A stretch of 64,000 nucleotides of DNA from Promethearchaeota archaeon (GCA_048938855.1 JBHLLT010000005.1:32001-96000), one strand, 5' to 3'; positions 1-9,660 are shown, counted from the first letter of the stretch. Translations and numbers: made by a program. The notes: generated by a model from the sequence alone, not told the origin.

Positions 1-1907
1 CCTCCCTCAAGAGTGTGATAAATATTTCTGGCAAACCCGCCTAATTCTGCTTCTTTTTCAACTAAGTAAGTCTCAATTTCTTGACTCCCAAAATTTAATG
101 CAGCTGTGATACCACTTATTCCCCCACCAATTACCATTGCCTTCCTCGTAACTCCTAACTTAATTCTATCTATTGGTGCTATTCTTCTTGCCTTGTTTAC
201 AGCCATTCTAACTAGATCTTTTGCTTTCTGAGTAGCTTCTACTGGTTGATTCATATGAACCCAAGAACACTGATCTCTTATATTAGCCATTTGAAATAGG
301 TATCTATTTAATCCTGCTTCCCTAATTGTTTCTTGGAATAATGGTTCATGAGTTCTTGGGGTACAAGACGCTACAATCACTCTATTAAGGTGATAATCTT
401 CAATGGTCTCCTTTATTATTCCTTGAGTATCAGCAGAACAAGTATATAGATTACGATCAGCTATTACCACATTTGGAAGGGTACTAGCATATTTTGTCAC
501 TTCTGGTACATCTACATACCCACCAATGTTAATCCCACAATGGCAAATAAATACACCAATGCGAGGAGGTTGTCCTGCAACAAAAATTTCAGGAGGGAGT
601 GATTTTTCTGTTATTAAAGTTCCTCTCTTTTGATATAAAAGTTGGTTAACGCATCCTGCTGCAGCGCTTGCTTGAGTAACTGTCTCAGGTATATCTTTTG
701 GCTGAGAAAAAGCACCACAAGCAAAAATACCTGGTTTAGTAGTCTGAACTGGATTAAATATATCTGTTTTTGCAAAACCAAATTCATTTAGTTCTATACC
801 AAATTTATCAGCGAGGTATTTAGCATCATCAGGAGGATTTAATCCGACTCCTAAAACGACCATATTAAAGACTTCTTCAATTACTTTTCCATCTTCAGTT
901 TCATACCGAAGTTTTAAATCTTTAGTCTCAGGTATTTCGACAACTGAAGAAATCCTACTTCGAATATATCTAATACCATATTCTTCTTGAGCTCTAATAA
1001 TATATTTATCAAAGTCTTTTCCATAAGCTCTAATATCCATACTAAAAATAGTAGGTTTTACTTCATGCTGATGTTCATGAGCAATCACAGCCTCTTTTGC
1101 CGTATACATACAACAAACTGAAGAACAATAAGGTTGACCCTCTCCTGAATAATCACGAGATCCTACACACTGAAGGAAAGCTACCTTTTTAGGAATATCA
1201 CCATCAGAAGGTCGGAGAACTCTACCTGCGTAAGGACCGCTTGCACTTAATATACGTTCAAATTCAATAGAAGTAACTACATTTTTATAAGTACTATATC
1301 CATATTTATTGACAGCTTTAGGGATAAATTCATCAAAACCAGGTGCTAGTACTATAGATCCAACATTGATATCGATAATTTCATCCTCACGTTCATATTC
1401 TACTGCTTTGGCTTTACAAACACCAGCACACACTCCACAGCCGATACAATAATCTTTATTAATCGCATAAACAAGTGGGACCGCTTGAGGATATTTTACA
1501 GAAGTAGCATGATATTTAGCTAAACCTTCATTAAAGATATCAATAGCCTCAACAGGACAATTTCTCCCACAAACTCCACATCCTGTACATATATCAGGAT
1601 TAATATATAGAGATTTTTTTTTCACTTTTACAATGAAATTACCTGCTTCTCCAGAGACGTCTAAAATTTCACAATTTATACTCAGATCGATGTTCTGGTG
1701 GCGTCCAGTCTCTACGAGCTTCGGTGATACAATACACATCGCGCAATCATTTGTGGGAAACGTCTTATCCAATTGGGCCATTACTCCACCAATACTGGTT
1801 GAAGATTCAATTAAATAAACTTTATAACCGGAATCGCCTAAATCTAGTGCTGCTTGAGAACCCCCTATTCCAGCACCAACAACCATAACTGCTCCTACTT
1901 TTTCCAT
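1..1907 (-). CDS. hdrA: Heterodisulfide reductase subunit A-like, fused double-module form (3' end runs off window)
   Basis: Not in ORF track because no stop is in the window. Hand translation from ATG 1907 (AGGAGG SD upstream): MEKVGAVMVVGAGIGGSQAALDLGDSG..MAQLDKTFPTNDCAMC, CTGCGVCGRNCP, CIGCGVCAGVC, then a second module PPRIGVFICHCG..ASCTPRTHEP..IRDQCSWVH. Confidence 0.93.
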   Translation of the reverse strand, partial: MEKVGAVMVVGAGIGGSQAALDLGDSGYKVYLIESSTSIGGVMAQLDKTFPTNDCAMCIVSPKLVETGRHQNIDLSINCEILDVSGEAGNFIVKVKKKSLYINPDICTGCGVCGRNCPVEAIDIFNEGLAKYHATSVKYPQAVPLVYAINKDYCIGCGVCAGVCKAKAVEYEREDEIIDINVGSIVLAPGFDEFIPKAVNKYGYSTYKNVVTSIEFERILSASGPYAGRVLRPSDGDIPKKVAFLQCVGSRDYSGEGQPYCSSVCCMYTAKEAVIAHEHQHEVKPTIFSMDIRAYGKDFDKYIIRAQEEYGIRYIRSRISSVVEIPETKDLKLRYETEDGKVIEEVFNMVVLGVGLNPPDDAKYLADKFGIELNEFGFAKTDIFNPVQTTKPGIFACGAFSQPKDIPETVTQASAAAGCVNQLLYQKRGTLITEKSLPPEIFVAGQPPRIGVFICHCGINIGGYVDVPEVTKYASTLPNVVIADRNLYTCSADTQGIIKETIEDYHLNRVIVASCTPRTHEPLFQETIREAGLNRYLFQMANIRDQCSWVHMNQPVEATQKAKDLVRMAVNKARRIAPIDRIKLGVTRKAMVIGGGISGITAALNFGSQEIETYLVEKEAELGGFARNIYHTLEG

Positions 1908-1919
1908 ATTTTATCCTCC

Positions 1920-2681
1920 TTATAATTTGTGAAACATTGGTGTAATTCCAATTATTTCTCCGAAGTCGACTTGACCCCGAGTTTTTAAAACCGTCATATG
2001 ATCTAATACAATACTGGGATCTATATCTAATTCAGCTGCTAAATCCTTTACAGACCTTCTATCCTTTTCTAATGAAATTAAGATTCTATGGCGTTCAAAT
2101 TCTTCTACAATTGCTGAATTAAATATTTCATTAAATTTTTCAAGTGGAACTTTTTCGCCATATACATTTTCTTGTTCTGTAATTTTTCTTTCTCGTCCCA
2201 CAAGAGCTCGCATACGATCGTCTCCCGCAGCATCTTCGATAGCTCTTAATTTCTCAAGAATTTCTTTTTCAGGGTTTTGCCCTCCTGCTGGAGATGGTCC
2301 TAAAGCTCTAATATGTTCTGTAAATTCTGTTATAACAGAAGCATATCTAGCTCCTTCCGAGGCGGATACCCAATCTAATCTTACTCTATTATCAAAATCA
2401 ATAAGTTTTAGGAATCGTTTAACCATATCAAATTTTTTCTCAGCTTCATAATTACCCTCGAGATAATGACAATCTCCTAAATGACATCCTAAAACAATTA
2501 CTCCATCCGCTCCAACTCGGAGAGCTTCAAATATAAACTTGGGGTCTACTCGACCACTACACATAACTCTTATTACTCTAATATTTGGTGGATATTGCAT
2601 TCTACTGACTCCAGCTAAATCTGCTCCTGCATAGGAACACCAATTACATAAGAAACCTAAAATTTTTGGTTCAAAACTCAT
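1920..2681 (-). CDS. mvhD: MvhD/FlpD [2Fe-2S] subunit with C-terminal helical/HTH extension
   Basis: FLCNWCSYAGAD, RVMCSGRVDP, GCHLGDCHY, WVSASEG; C-terminal SVKDLAAELDIDPSIVLDHM looks like an HTH. Confidence 0.92.
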   Translation of the reverse strand: MSFEPKILGFLCNWCSYAGADLAGVSRMQYPPNIRVIRVMCSGRVDPKFIFEALRVGADGVIVLGCHLGDCHYLEGNYEAEKKFDMVKRFLKLIDFDNRVRLDWVSASEGARYASVITEFTEHIRALGPSPAGGQNPEKEILEKLRAIEDAAGDDRMRALVGRERKITEQENVYGEKVPLEKFNEIFNSAIVEEFERHRILISLEKDRRSVKDLAAELDIDPSIVLDHMTVLKTRGQVDFGEIIGITPMFHKL

Positions 2682-2684
2682 ATC

Positions 2685-4367
2685 TTATTTACCTCCAAAT
2701 GCATAAATTTCTGATAGTATTTGCTCATCAGTGAAATGTCTTATAATAATTGCGTGATTTGTACAAGTAGCTCCACAAACCCCGCAACCTTTACAAAGAA
2801 CTTGAGTTATTTCGATTTCATCATCCTCATTTTTACTTATAGCTTTATATGGACAAATAGTTACACAAACTTCACATCCAGTACATAAGCTTTTATTATA
2901 TTCTGGTAGAAATGAGGTTGCACCCTCAACTTCAATTGTATCATGGGAGATGATAGTACTTGCTCTAGCCGCTGCTGCATAACCTTGAGTTATTGATTCT
3001 GTAATATCAACAGGCCATTTTGCTGCTCCGCATACAAAAACTCCATCTGTAGCAAAATCCATGGGGCGTAACTTCACATGAGCTTCCAAGAAGAAATTAT
3101 TTGCTTCTAACGGAACCTTTAGTTTTTGAGCTAATTCTTTATTATCATCATTAGCGATTAATGGAGTTGATAAAACGAGGAGATCATAAGGGATACTTAT
3201 GTCTTCGCCAATATATTCATTAAATACTTTTATAGTATTTTCTTCTACAACAGGTAATTTCTCTAAATTGTAACTCATAAAAATAATTCCTGCTTCTCGT
3301 GCTCTCCTATAATATTGTTCATAATAAGTTCCAGGAGTATACAAGTCTCTAAATAGTATTGTAATATTTGCTTCGGGATTCCTTTCTTTGATTAGTAATG
3401 CATTTTTTAAGGCCGTCATGCAACATACATTAGAACAATAGACCCTCTCATCGTTACGAGCGCCTACACATTGTATCATTACAATATTTTGAGCCTTAAC
3501 TTCATTGTTTTTTAGTTTATTTTCTAATTCATATTGAGTAATTCTAATATTCCCATCATAACTAAATTTACCTGTAGGAGTCAATAATGAAGCTCCAACA
3601 GCAACAACAATAACACCTATAGTCAAATTCATACTTTTACCATTCTGATCAACTTCAATCTCATAATTCCCTACGAATCCACCAATATTTTTCACCTTTG
3701 CTGAAGTGTAAACAGTTAAATTAGGATTACTTTCGACTCTTTTCTTCAGACTTGCTAGAAGTTCAGAGGCATCTTGTTTTGTAGGGAATAATTTATTGAT
3801 AATATTAAGTTTCCCACCCAATTGATTTGCTTTTTCTACTAAATGAGTTTCAAATCCCTGATTAGCTAAGCTAAGAGCTGATGTCATTCCTGCAACTCCT
3901 CCTCCTATAACCATAGCTGTGGGAGTTGCATCGACTACAATATTATCGAGTGCCTTAAGTCTAGCTGCTTTAGCCACACCCATTCGAATAACTTCTTTAG
4001 CTTTTTCAAAAGCTTCTTTTGGGTATTTCATATGAACCCATGTACATTGATCTCTGATATTTACAAACTGAAAGAGATATTCATTTAAACCCTCATCTTT
4101 AATACAATCACGAAAGAGAGGTTCATGAGTTCTTGGAGTACATGAAGCAACTACTACCCGATTTAAATTATGTTCTTTTATTCCATTTTTAATTTGGGTT
4201 AATCCTGTTTCTGAACAAGTATATAAATTGTCTTCAGTAAATACCACATTAGGTAAAGTTTTAGCATATTCTGCTACTTCTTTAACATTTATTAATCCAC
4301 CTATATTACTCCCACAACTACAAACGAAAACTCCTATACGGGGTTCTTCTTCTCCTTTTTCAGACAT
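2685..4367 (-). CDS. hdrA: HdrA-like subunit (N-terminal Fe-S, FAD, C-terminal ferredoxin); second half of a split pair
   Basis: PRIGVFVCSCG, ASCTPRTHEP, GGGVAGM, QCVGAR..CSNVCC, CTGCEVCVTICP and CKGCGVCGATC. Confidence 0.92.
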   Translation of the reverse strand: MSEKGEEEPRIGVFVCSCGSNIGGLINVKEVAEYAKTLPNVVFTEDNLYTCSETGLTQIKNGIKEHNLNRVVVASCTPRTHEPLFRDCIKDEGLNEYLFQFVNIRDQCTWVHMKYPKEAFEKAKEVIRMGVAKAARLKALDNIVVDATPTAMVIGGGVAGMTSALSLANQGFETHLVEKANQLGGKLNIINKLFPTKQDASELLASLKKRVESNPNLTVYTSAKVKNIGGFVGNYEIEVDQNGKSMNLTIGVIVVAVGASLLTPTGKFSYDGNIRITQYELENKLKNNEVKAQNIVMIQCVGARNDERVYCSNVCCMTALKNALLIKERNPEANITILFRDLYTPGTYYEQYYRRAREAGIIFMSYNLEKLPVVEENTIKVFNEYIGEDISIPYDLLVLSTPLIANDDNKELAQKLKVPLEANNFFLEAHVKLRPMDFATDGVFVCGAAKWPVDITESITQGYAAAARASTIISHDTIEVEGATSFLPEYNKSLCTGCEVCVTICPYKAISKNEDDEIEITQVLCKGCGVCGATCTNHAIIIRHFTDEQILSEIYAFGGK

Positions 4368-4374
4368 AATCTTT

Positions 4375-5679
4375 TTATCCTCCTTTTATTACTTCTGCTG
4401 CTCTTGCTGCTGCCCCACTTGCTTCAGCAACAGAGCGAGGAATATCCATTGGTTCACGAGCACAACCACATGTGAAAATACCCGCTACACTCGTTTCTAC
4501 CGGAAAGAATGGATCTGTTTTGATAAAATTATATTCATTTAATTCAATTCCTAATGCTTCTGCTAATTTCTCAATCCCTTGAGATGGAATAATACATGTT
4601 GCTAACACAGCTATGTCTACTGTCATCTGTTTAATTTTCCCGGTATCATAATCCTCATAAGTAATGACAGGGTTTTCTTTCTCATCAATATCAATATGAG
4701 ATACTTTACTTTTTATATATTTAATATTATATTCACCTGCGCCTCGTCGGAGAAATGATTGAAATCCTTTCCCACCCGCTCTCATATCAATATAAAACAT
4801 ATATGATTCCAAATCATTATTATGTTCGTATGCTATCATTGCTGCTTTCGTACAATACATGCAGCAGATAGAAGAACAATATTTTTGATCTCTATCCGAT
4901 CGTGAACCTATACATTGTAAAAACGCTAATTTTTTTGGCTCTTCACCATCAGATAACCTTCTTAAGTGACCGTCAAGAGGTCCTGAAGCACAAATTAATC
5001 GTTCAAATTCTAAAGAAGTTACCACATTTTTATGTTTCTTATAACCATATTTTGTAAGTGGATTGACGTCTTCCATTAAACCGTAGCCGGGCGCAACAAT
5101 TATACAACCAATATTTTCTATTTCTAAAATTTCATCTTTTTGTGTAAGATCTATAGCTTCTGCACCGCAATTCGTAGCACATAACCCACATATACCATAA
5201 TTTAGATATACACATGAATTCTTATCGACAATATGAACAGGAGGAACTGCTGAAGGAAAGGGTATGTAAACAGCTGCCATATTTTTTAAATTAGCATCAA
5301 AGTAATTTGGAATCCCTCGTACAGGGCAAATTTTAGCACAATCCCCACAATTTGTACAAGCATCCTCTTTTACAAAACGAGCACGTTTAAGAACTTCTAC
5401 TGCAAAATCCCCACTTGTACCCTCTATCTTTTGTACTTCTGAAAGAGTATAAAGATTAATATTTGGATGTCTATAACATTCCGATAATTTCGGTGCCAAA
5501 ATACAAATTGAACAGTCTAAAGTTGGAAATGTTTTGTCTAATTGTGCCATTTTTCCTCCAATAACGGGACTTTTTTCAATTAAATGGACTTTTATTCCCA
5601 TATCTCCCAAATCCAACGCTGCTTGAATTCCTGCAATACCTGCTCCAATAATAAGAGCACTTTTAGAATTTTCTACCAT
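4375..5679 (-). CDS. hdrA: HdrA-like subunit (FAD plus inserted ferredoxin); first half of a split pair
   Basis: GAGIAGIQAALDL, MAQLDKTFPTLDCSIC, CTNCGDCAKICP, LEFERL, QCIGSR..CSSICCMY. Confidence 0.92.
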   Translation of the reverse strand: MVENSKSALIIGAGIAGIQAALDLGDMGIKVHLIEKSPVIGGKMAQLDKTFPTLDCSICILAPKLSECYRHPNINLYTLSEVQKIEGTSGDFAVEVLKRARFVKEDACTNCGDCAKICPVRGIPNYFDANLKNMAAVYIPFPSAVPPVHIVDKNSCVYLNYGICGLCATNCGAEAIDLTQKDEILEIENIGCIIVAPGYGLMEDVNPLTKYGYKKHKNVVTSLEFERLICASGPLDGHLRRLSDGEEPKKLAFLQCIGSRSDRDQKYCSSICCMYCTKAAMIAYEHNNDLESYMFYIDMRAGGKGFQSFLRRGAGEYNIKYIKSKVSHIDIDEKENPVITYEDYDTGKIKQMTVDIAVLATCIIPSQGIEKLAEALGIELNEYNFIKTDPFFPVETSVAGIFTCGCAREPMDIPRSVAEASGAAARAAEVIKGG

Positions 5680-5696
5680 TCAAAACACCATTTTAT

Positions 5697-6794
5697 TTAT
5701 TTTTTACTAACCTTATCTGTTGTCATTCTTTTTAATAAATCAAGCTTGCTTCCTTTCCATACATCTATAGGTGACTTTGTCGGAACAAACCTTTGCACAT
5801 ATCCGTCATTAATAGCATTGGTAATTAATTCTTGACCATTTACTGTTCTAACGATTATCATTGAATTCTGTTGGACTGCTCCAGAACCACCAAAACTGAT
5901 ATCTGCAAATCGACTTGTAAATTCATCACATTCTTTACAGTGATTTCTTACAGCTGGATCGAATTTATGAAGTTCAACTTCCTTGACTTCATTAGCTTTG
6001 TTAGTAATAAAGAAATTCTTTTTAATATTCATCTTAGCTATATCCTTCGGTTCTAATCCAGTTTCAACTTTTACAAGCTCAAATAATTTGTCATAATCAT
6101 AGTTCTCCATACAGAACAGACCAAAAACATATTTAATAACATGAGTGGGGCTGATGTTTAAAAGTTGCATTTTTCGCACGGCTCTGCATTGACATGGAGT
6201 TCCAACAAAAGCCATACGTAATTGGTTAATATCATAAATTTGATGGTGTTTTTCTACTATATCTTCGGCGATCTCATACAAATCTTTTAATGGAAGTAGG
6301 TTTGATGAGATTGTATATCTGGTACCAGAAGATTTAAATAAGTCTTCTTTATTATAGATGATCTTAGGAATAGGTTTTAGATTATCATCAAACTCCGAAA
6401 CAACTGCACCATCAATTTCATTTTTATCAAATAAATACATTAAAAGAGAGGTAACTAAACCCCCATCTTGTCCAACTTCTTTTATTTTTGCATCAGTAGT
6501 CTTTGCTGCAAGTATATCGGTGACATAGCCCATTTCATCTTTAATTTTATACTGATTTTTTATCTTTTCCATTAAAGGATCAGTTTGTGGACAAATATAA
6601 TAACAATACCCACACTCTTTACAGTTCTCAACACTTTTATCCGTTTTAAACTTAGGGGTATAATTATCCATCTCAATAACATCAAATGCTTGACTTTCAC
6701 AATATGCTATGCAAGCACCGCAAGCACAACATCTATTTACTGAGATTACATCATTTTCTAAATTCTCAAATGTCTTTTTTTCTGCTAATCCCAT
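5697..6794 (-). CDS. Coenzyme F420 hydrogenase/dehydrogenase beta subunit (FrhB/FpoF-like) with N-terminal ferredoxin
   Basis: CCACGACIAYC and CKECGYCYYICP, GQDGGLVT, VGTPCQ, GLFCMENY, ADISFG. Confidence 0.88.
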   Translation of the reverse strand: MGLAEKKTFENLENDVISVNRCCACGACIAYCESQAFDVIEMDNYTPKFKTDKSVENCKECGYCYYICPQTDPLMEKIKNQYKIKDEMGYVTDILAAKTTDAKIKEVGQDGGLVTSLLMYLFDKNEIDGAVVSEFDDNLKPIPKIIYNKEDLFKSSGTRYTISSNLLPLKDLYEIAEDIVEKHHQIYDINQLRMAFVGTPCQCRAVRKMQLLNISPTHVIKYVFGLFCMENYDYDKLFELVKVETGLEPKDIAKMNIKKNFFITNKANEVKEVELHKFDPAVRNHCKECDEFTSRFADISFGGSGAVQQNSMIIVRTVNGQELITNAINDGYVQRFVPTKSPIDVWKGSKLDLLKRMTTDKVSKK

Positions 6795-6851
6795 TTTTAG
6801 CCAATTATTTGTTTTAAATTAATTATTTTATTGAATAAAATTTATAATATT

Positions 6852-7715
6852 CTAAAATCCTTCTAATAATTCTTTAGCTTTAACTCGATGAAAATTAAAC
6901 CCTAGTTCTTCAGGTTTAAAACCAAAAGCAAGTGCTACTAGTTCCGAAAGATAGAAAACTGGAAAATCATAACCAACTTCTTTATCTTTACTCAATTCTC
7001 GTTGATTAAAATCAAATTGTTGAAAACATGCTGGACATACAAGGGTGATACAATTTGCCCCTGATTCCTGGATGGATTTGAATTTATTATCGATCATTTT
7101 AAGTGAGATGTCCTTATCTGATTTCTCAAGAGGATTTCCACAACATTCCATTTTCATCTCGTAATCTAAGGAATCTGCCCCTAATGCTCTAACAATTTCA
7201 TCAATAGTTAATGGATTAAAAGGATCATCCCAATTAATAACCTCAGAAGGTCTTAAATAATGACACCCATAATGAACTGCTACTTTAAATCCGTTTAACG
7301 GATGTACTACGTTCTCTCTAACTTTATCAAGGTTTTCATATAGAACCTGAGCAAAATGCTTTACTTCTGTGGTTCCATCATATTTTTTCCCAACTTTCTT
7401 TAAAATGGTATTTACTTCATCCTTGACTTCTGAATCATTTCTAATACTGTAATTCACTCCTTTAAGAGTTTCTACACACCCAGAACAAAATGATACAATT
7501 CCGCCATTATTATTTGATAAACTTAAATTTCTAGCTCCTAATGCTAACCAGGTTTTATGATCTATAAGTTCTATCCCTGTAGGATCGGGACAACAACTGA
7601 ATCCATCAACATCGTTTAATTTAATTCCCAACTTCTCAAATATTTTTCTTGAGGATGCTTCTAAGAATGGAAGCCTCGCTGGAATCACACACCCTAAAAA
7701 TAAATCATACGACAT
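6852..7715 (-). CDS. hdrB: Heterodisulfide reductase subunit B
   Basis: FLGC, SCCP, CSGC, HYGCH, CCG, CPACFQQFD (two CCG domains). Confidence 0.93.
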   Translation of the reverse strand: MSYDLFLGCVIPARLPFLEASSRKIFEKLGIKLNDVDGFSCCPDPTGIELIDHKTWLALGARNLSLSNNNGGIVSFCSGCVETLKGVNYSIRNDSEVKDEVNTILKKVGKKYDGTTEVKHFAQVLYENLDKVRENVVHPLNGFKVAVHYGCHYLRPSEVINWDDPFNPLTIDEIVRALGADSLDYEMKMECCGNPLEKSDKDISLKMIDNKFKSIQESGANCITLVCPACFQQFDFNQRELSKDKEVGYDFPVFYLSELVALAFGFKPEELGFNFHRVKAKELLEGF

Positions 7716-7718
7716 TTT

Positions 7719-8216
7719 TTATGCCCCCTCCTTTGGTATATTACTTTCAAAATTAGTTTCTTTTAATATCTTCTTAATTTCATCAACAGGTGCTGTTTTT
7801 ATTGATGGAAGTCCCAATTTCTCCCGTCTGGTTATAATGGCTTTCGAGTATGGAAGCGCAACTCCGTTTTCGAGAACAGCTCTTCCTTGTGAGATAAAAG
7901 CCTCAGGAACATTCCCCGTATCAAAGCACTTATTTTTGATTAATGTAAAAATTTCAGTTAGCTCGACTTTTTGAGGACATAACTCAACACAAGTCTGACA
8001 AGTAGAACAAAGCCAAGGATTAGGATCTTGCTTTTCTACCAGCTTATCTTGTAATCCTAAAATGGCTTCTTCAATAATCTTTCGAGGATTATAACTTCCT
8101 TGAGTAATCAGAGCAACAGGGCAACCACCACTACAAGTACTACATTGATAGCAGTAGCTTAAAGAAGCATTATGTTTCAATACCTCATTTCGAAACTCAA
8201 AATTTATTACAGACAT
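7719..8216 (-). CDS. hdrC: Heterodisulfide reductase subunit C
   Basis: CYQCSTCSGGCP, NPR, WLCSTCQTCVELCP; directly upstream of hdrB. Confidence 0.93.
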   Translation of the reverse strand: MSVINFEFRNEVLKHNASLSYCYQCSTCSGGCPVALITQGSYNPRKIIEEAILGLQDKLVEKQDPNPWLCSTCQTCVELCPQKVELTEIFTLIKNKCFDTGNVPEAFISQGRAVLENGVALPYSKAIITRREKLGLPSIKTAPVDEIKKILKETNFESNIPKEGA

Positions 8217-8448
8217 GTCTAAAAGTTTTAATTTCCATCTACTTAGATGGTTAGTAAAATAATAGAGATTTAATAAATTTTTTAGAAAATTTCAATAACC
8301 AAATCGTTTATATTAGTTATACATTATCGAAATCATTAGCTTCATAGCCCAAATTGACAACCACATTCCCCTAATCGAATATTTCTTTTAATGTTGGTAA
8401 TTTTTTGTTCCCTGGTTTTTGGAATGATACATAAAAAATAAATTTGCT

Positions 8449-8634
8449 GATCAAGGGCGATCATAAACCCTTAAAATTGTTTAAGAATTCTAATTATAGT
8501 TTTCATGATCGATCATAAAAATCATTCTGATCGATCTCAGTAATTTTAATGATTCTTTATGAAAAAAAATGCTTTTTTTCTCTATGACTGATCAAGATCT
8601 ATCACATGGATCCAATAATCGACATCACATGATC
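8449..8634. promoter_or_regulatory. GATC-dense intergenic tract (10 sites)
   Basis: GATC at 8449, 8459, 8507, 8511, 8529, 8533, 8590, 8596, 8609, 8631, between divergent hdrC and the small Cys-rich ORF; function inferred. Confidence 0.6.
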
Positions 8635-8794
8635 GATTTTTTCACTAAATATCATTTTCGAAACATAAAATGTCGAAAAGCGGTAATATTTAAATATGAA
8701 AAGTGATAATTATATTTTAGTGATAAATTATAATTAATATTATGAGAAGTTTTATAAAAAATTAATATATAATTTATAAGAAGTGATAAAAAAA

Positions 8795-9052
8795 ATGTGT
8801 AATAATTGTAATTGCGATTCATATGACCAATGTTCTATAGTAGGTTATATGCCCATTGGATTCTGTTGTACTAGGTGCTATCTATATGATGAGGTGCACA
8901 CATGTCTAGAATGCTCGGTGAAAGGGAAAGTCTCGAAAATTGAGGCTGTTAGTGCGAAAATTGAAGATGGCGTTTTAAAAGTCGTAGTTAAGAAGGATGA
9001 GAAGGAAGTACCTTTAATAATTGACTTAGATAAACAGCTTGGTTCTGAGTAG
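8795..9052 (+). CDS. Small Cys-rich protein with Hsp20-like C-terminal beta-hairpin
   Basis: ATG 8795 after AAGTGA (track start GTG 8783 lies in that SD-like site); 9 Cys in first 40 aa; AKIEDGVLKVVVKK resembles the alpha-crystallin AxxxxGVL motif. Confidence 0.7.
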   Translation: MCNNCNCDSYDQCSIVGYMPIGFCCTRCYLYDEVHTCLECSVKGKVSKIEAVSAKIEDGVLKVVVKKDEKEVPLIIDLDKQLGSE

Positions 9053-9098
9053 AATTTAAAATAATTATTTATGATATTTTCCTTTGTTCGAGTTACTT

Positions 9099-9143
9099 GA
9101 TCAGTTCCCTGACAAACCCTTGAATAGAATGAGTGTGTGAGGT
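9099..9143 (+). repeat. 45-bp conserved element, copy 1 (possible structured RNA or inverted-repeat end)
   Basis: gatcagttccctgacaaacccttgaatagaatgagtgtgtgaggt is 44/45 identical to the reverse complement of 17239-17283. Confidence 0.9.
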
Positions 9144-9224
9144 ATTTAGTCATCGGAAAGATTTAGGGGTTCACCTATTTTTTATATGCTATCTAAATCT
9201 TATATTAAATTATTGGTTTGAGCT

Positions 9225-9656
9225 TCAAATTTTATTTCGGTCCATTATTGTTAATTCCATCACAATTTGACCCCATCCACCACATTTCAGTCCAACATCA
9301 AAGCAACTTGATCTCTTAAAACGCATATTATTTGGATTTACACCAGCCATTAGTAATTCACCAGCTGCAAATATCACTTTGTCTAATTCTGCCAATGCAT
9401 AAATACAAATTTTTTTCGGACTAAGTTTTGTTAGAAGATTCCCTGCACCATCAAAATAAAATTTATCTCCTACTTTATGTTGGCTATTACACCCATGAGA
9501 TTTTATTACTTCAATGACAAAAGTTTTTCCAATTAATTTAAATGAATTTGATAACACATCATGATTTCGGGGATTTTCAAGAAATAACTCCAATTCTTCA
9601 GTGGTATAACCGAAATTATTCTTAATATTTTCTTTCATCTCCTCACTAATTTTCAT
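9225..9656 (-). CDS. Conserved Cys-containing protein (TIGR04076-like)
   Basis: IEVIKSHGCNSQHKVGDKFYF..ICIYAL..CFD..GQIVMEL pattern. Confidence 0.6.
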   Translation of the reverse strand: MKISEEMKENIKNNFGYTTEELELFLENPRNHDVLSNSFKLIGKTFVIEVIKSHGCNSQHKVGDKFYFDGAGNLLTKLSPKKICIYALAELDKVIFAAGELLMAGVNPNNMRFKRSSCFDVGLKCGGWGQIVMELTIMDRNKI

Positions 9657-9660
9657 AAAT

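Noticed and set aside
1-5679. Selenocysteine in HdrA/MvhD, which are known Lokiarchaeal selenoprotein families
   Set aside because: MvhD and the two complete HdrA ORFs are uninterrupted, and the Fe-S motifs I read in 1-1907 use Cys codons; no in-frame TGA was seen at those sites
8449-8634. Replication origin or link to MutH-type mismatch repair
   Set aside because: No ORB boxes or cdc6 nearby; MutL has its own endonuclease motif (DQHAASE, CAHGRP), so repair need not use GATC
9099-9171. 45-nt element as a SECIS or C/D box sRNA
   Set aside because: It has AUGA but no correctly placed opposing GA, and the upstream ORFs end in TAG/TAA with no UGA to recode; a CUGA exists on the other strand but no convincing box C
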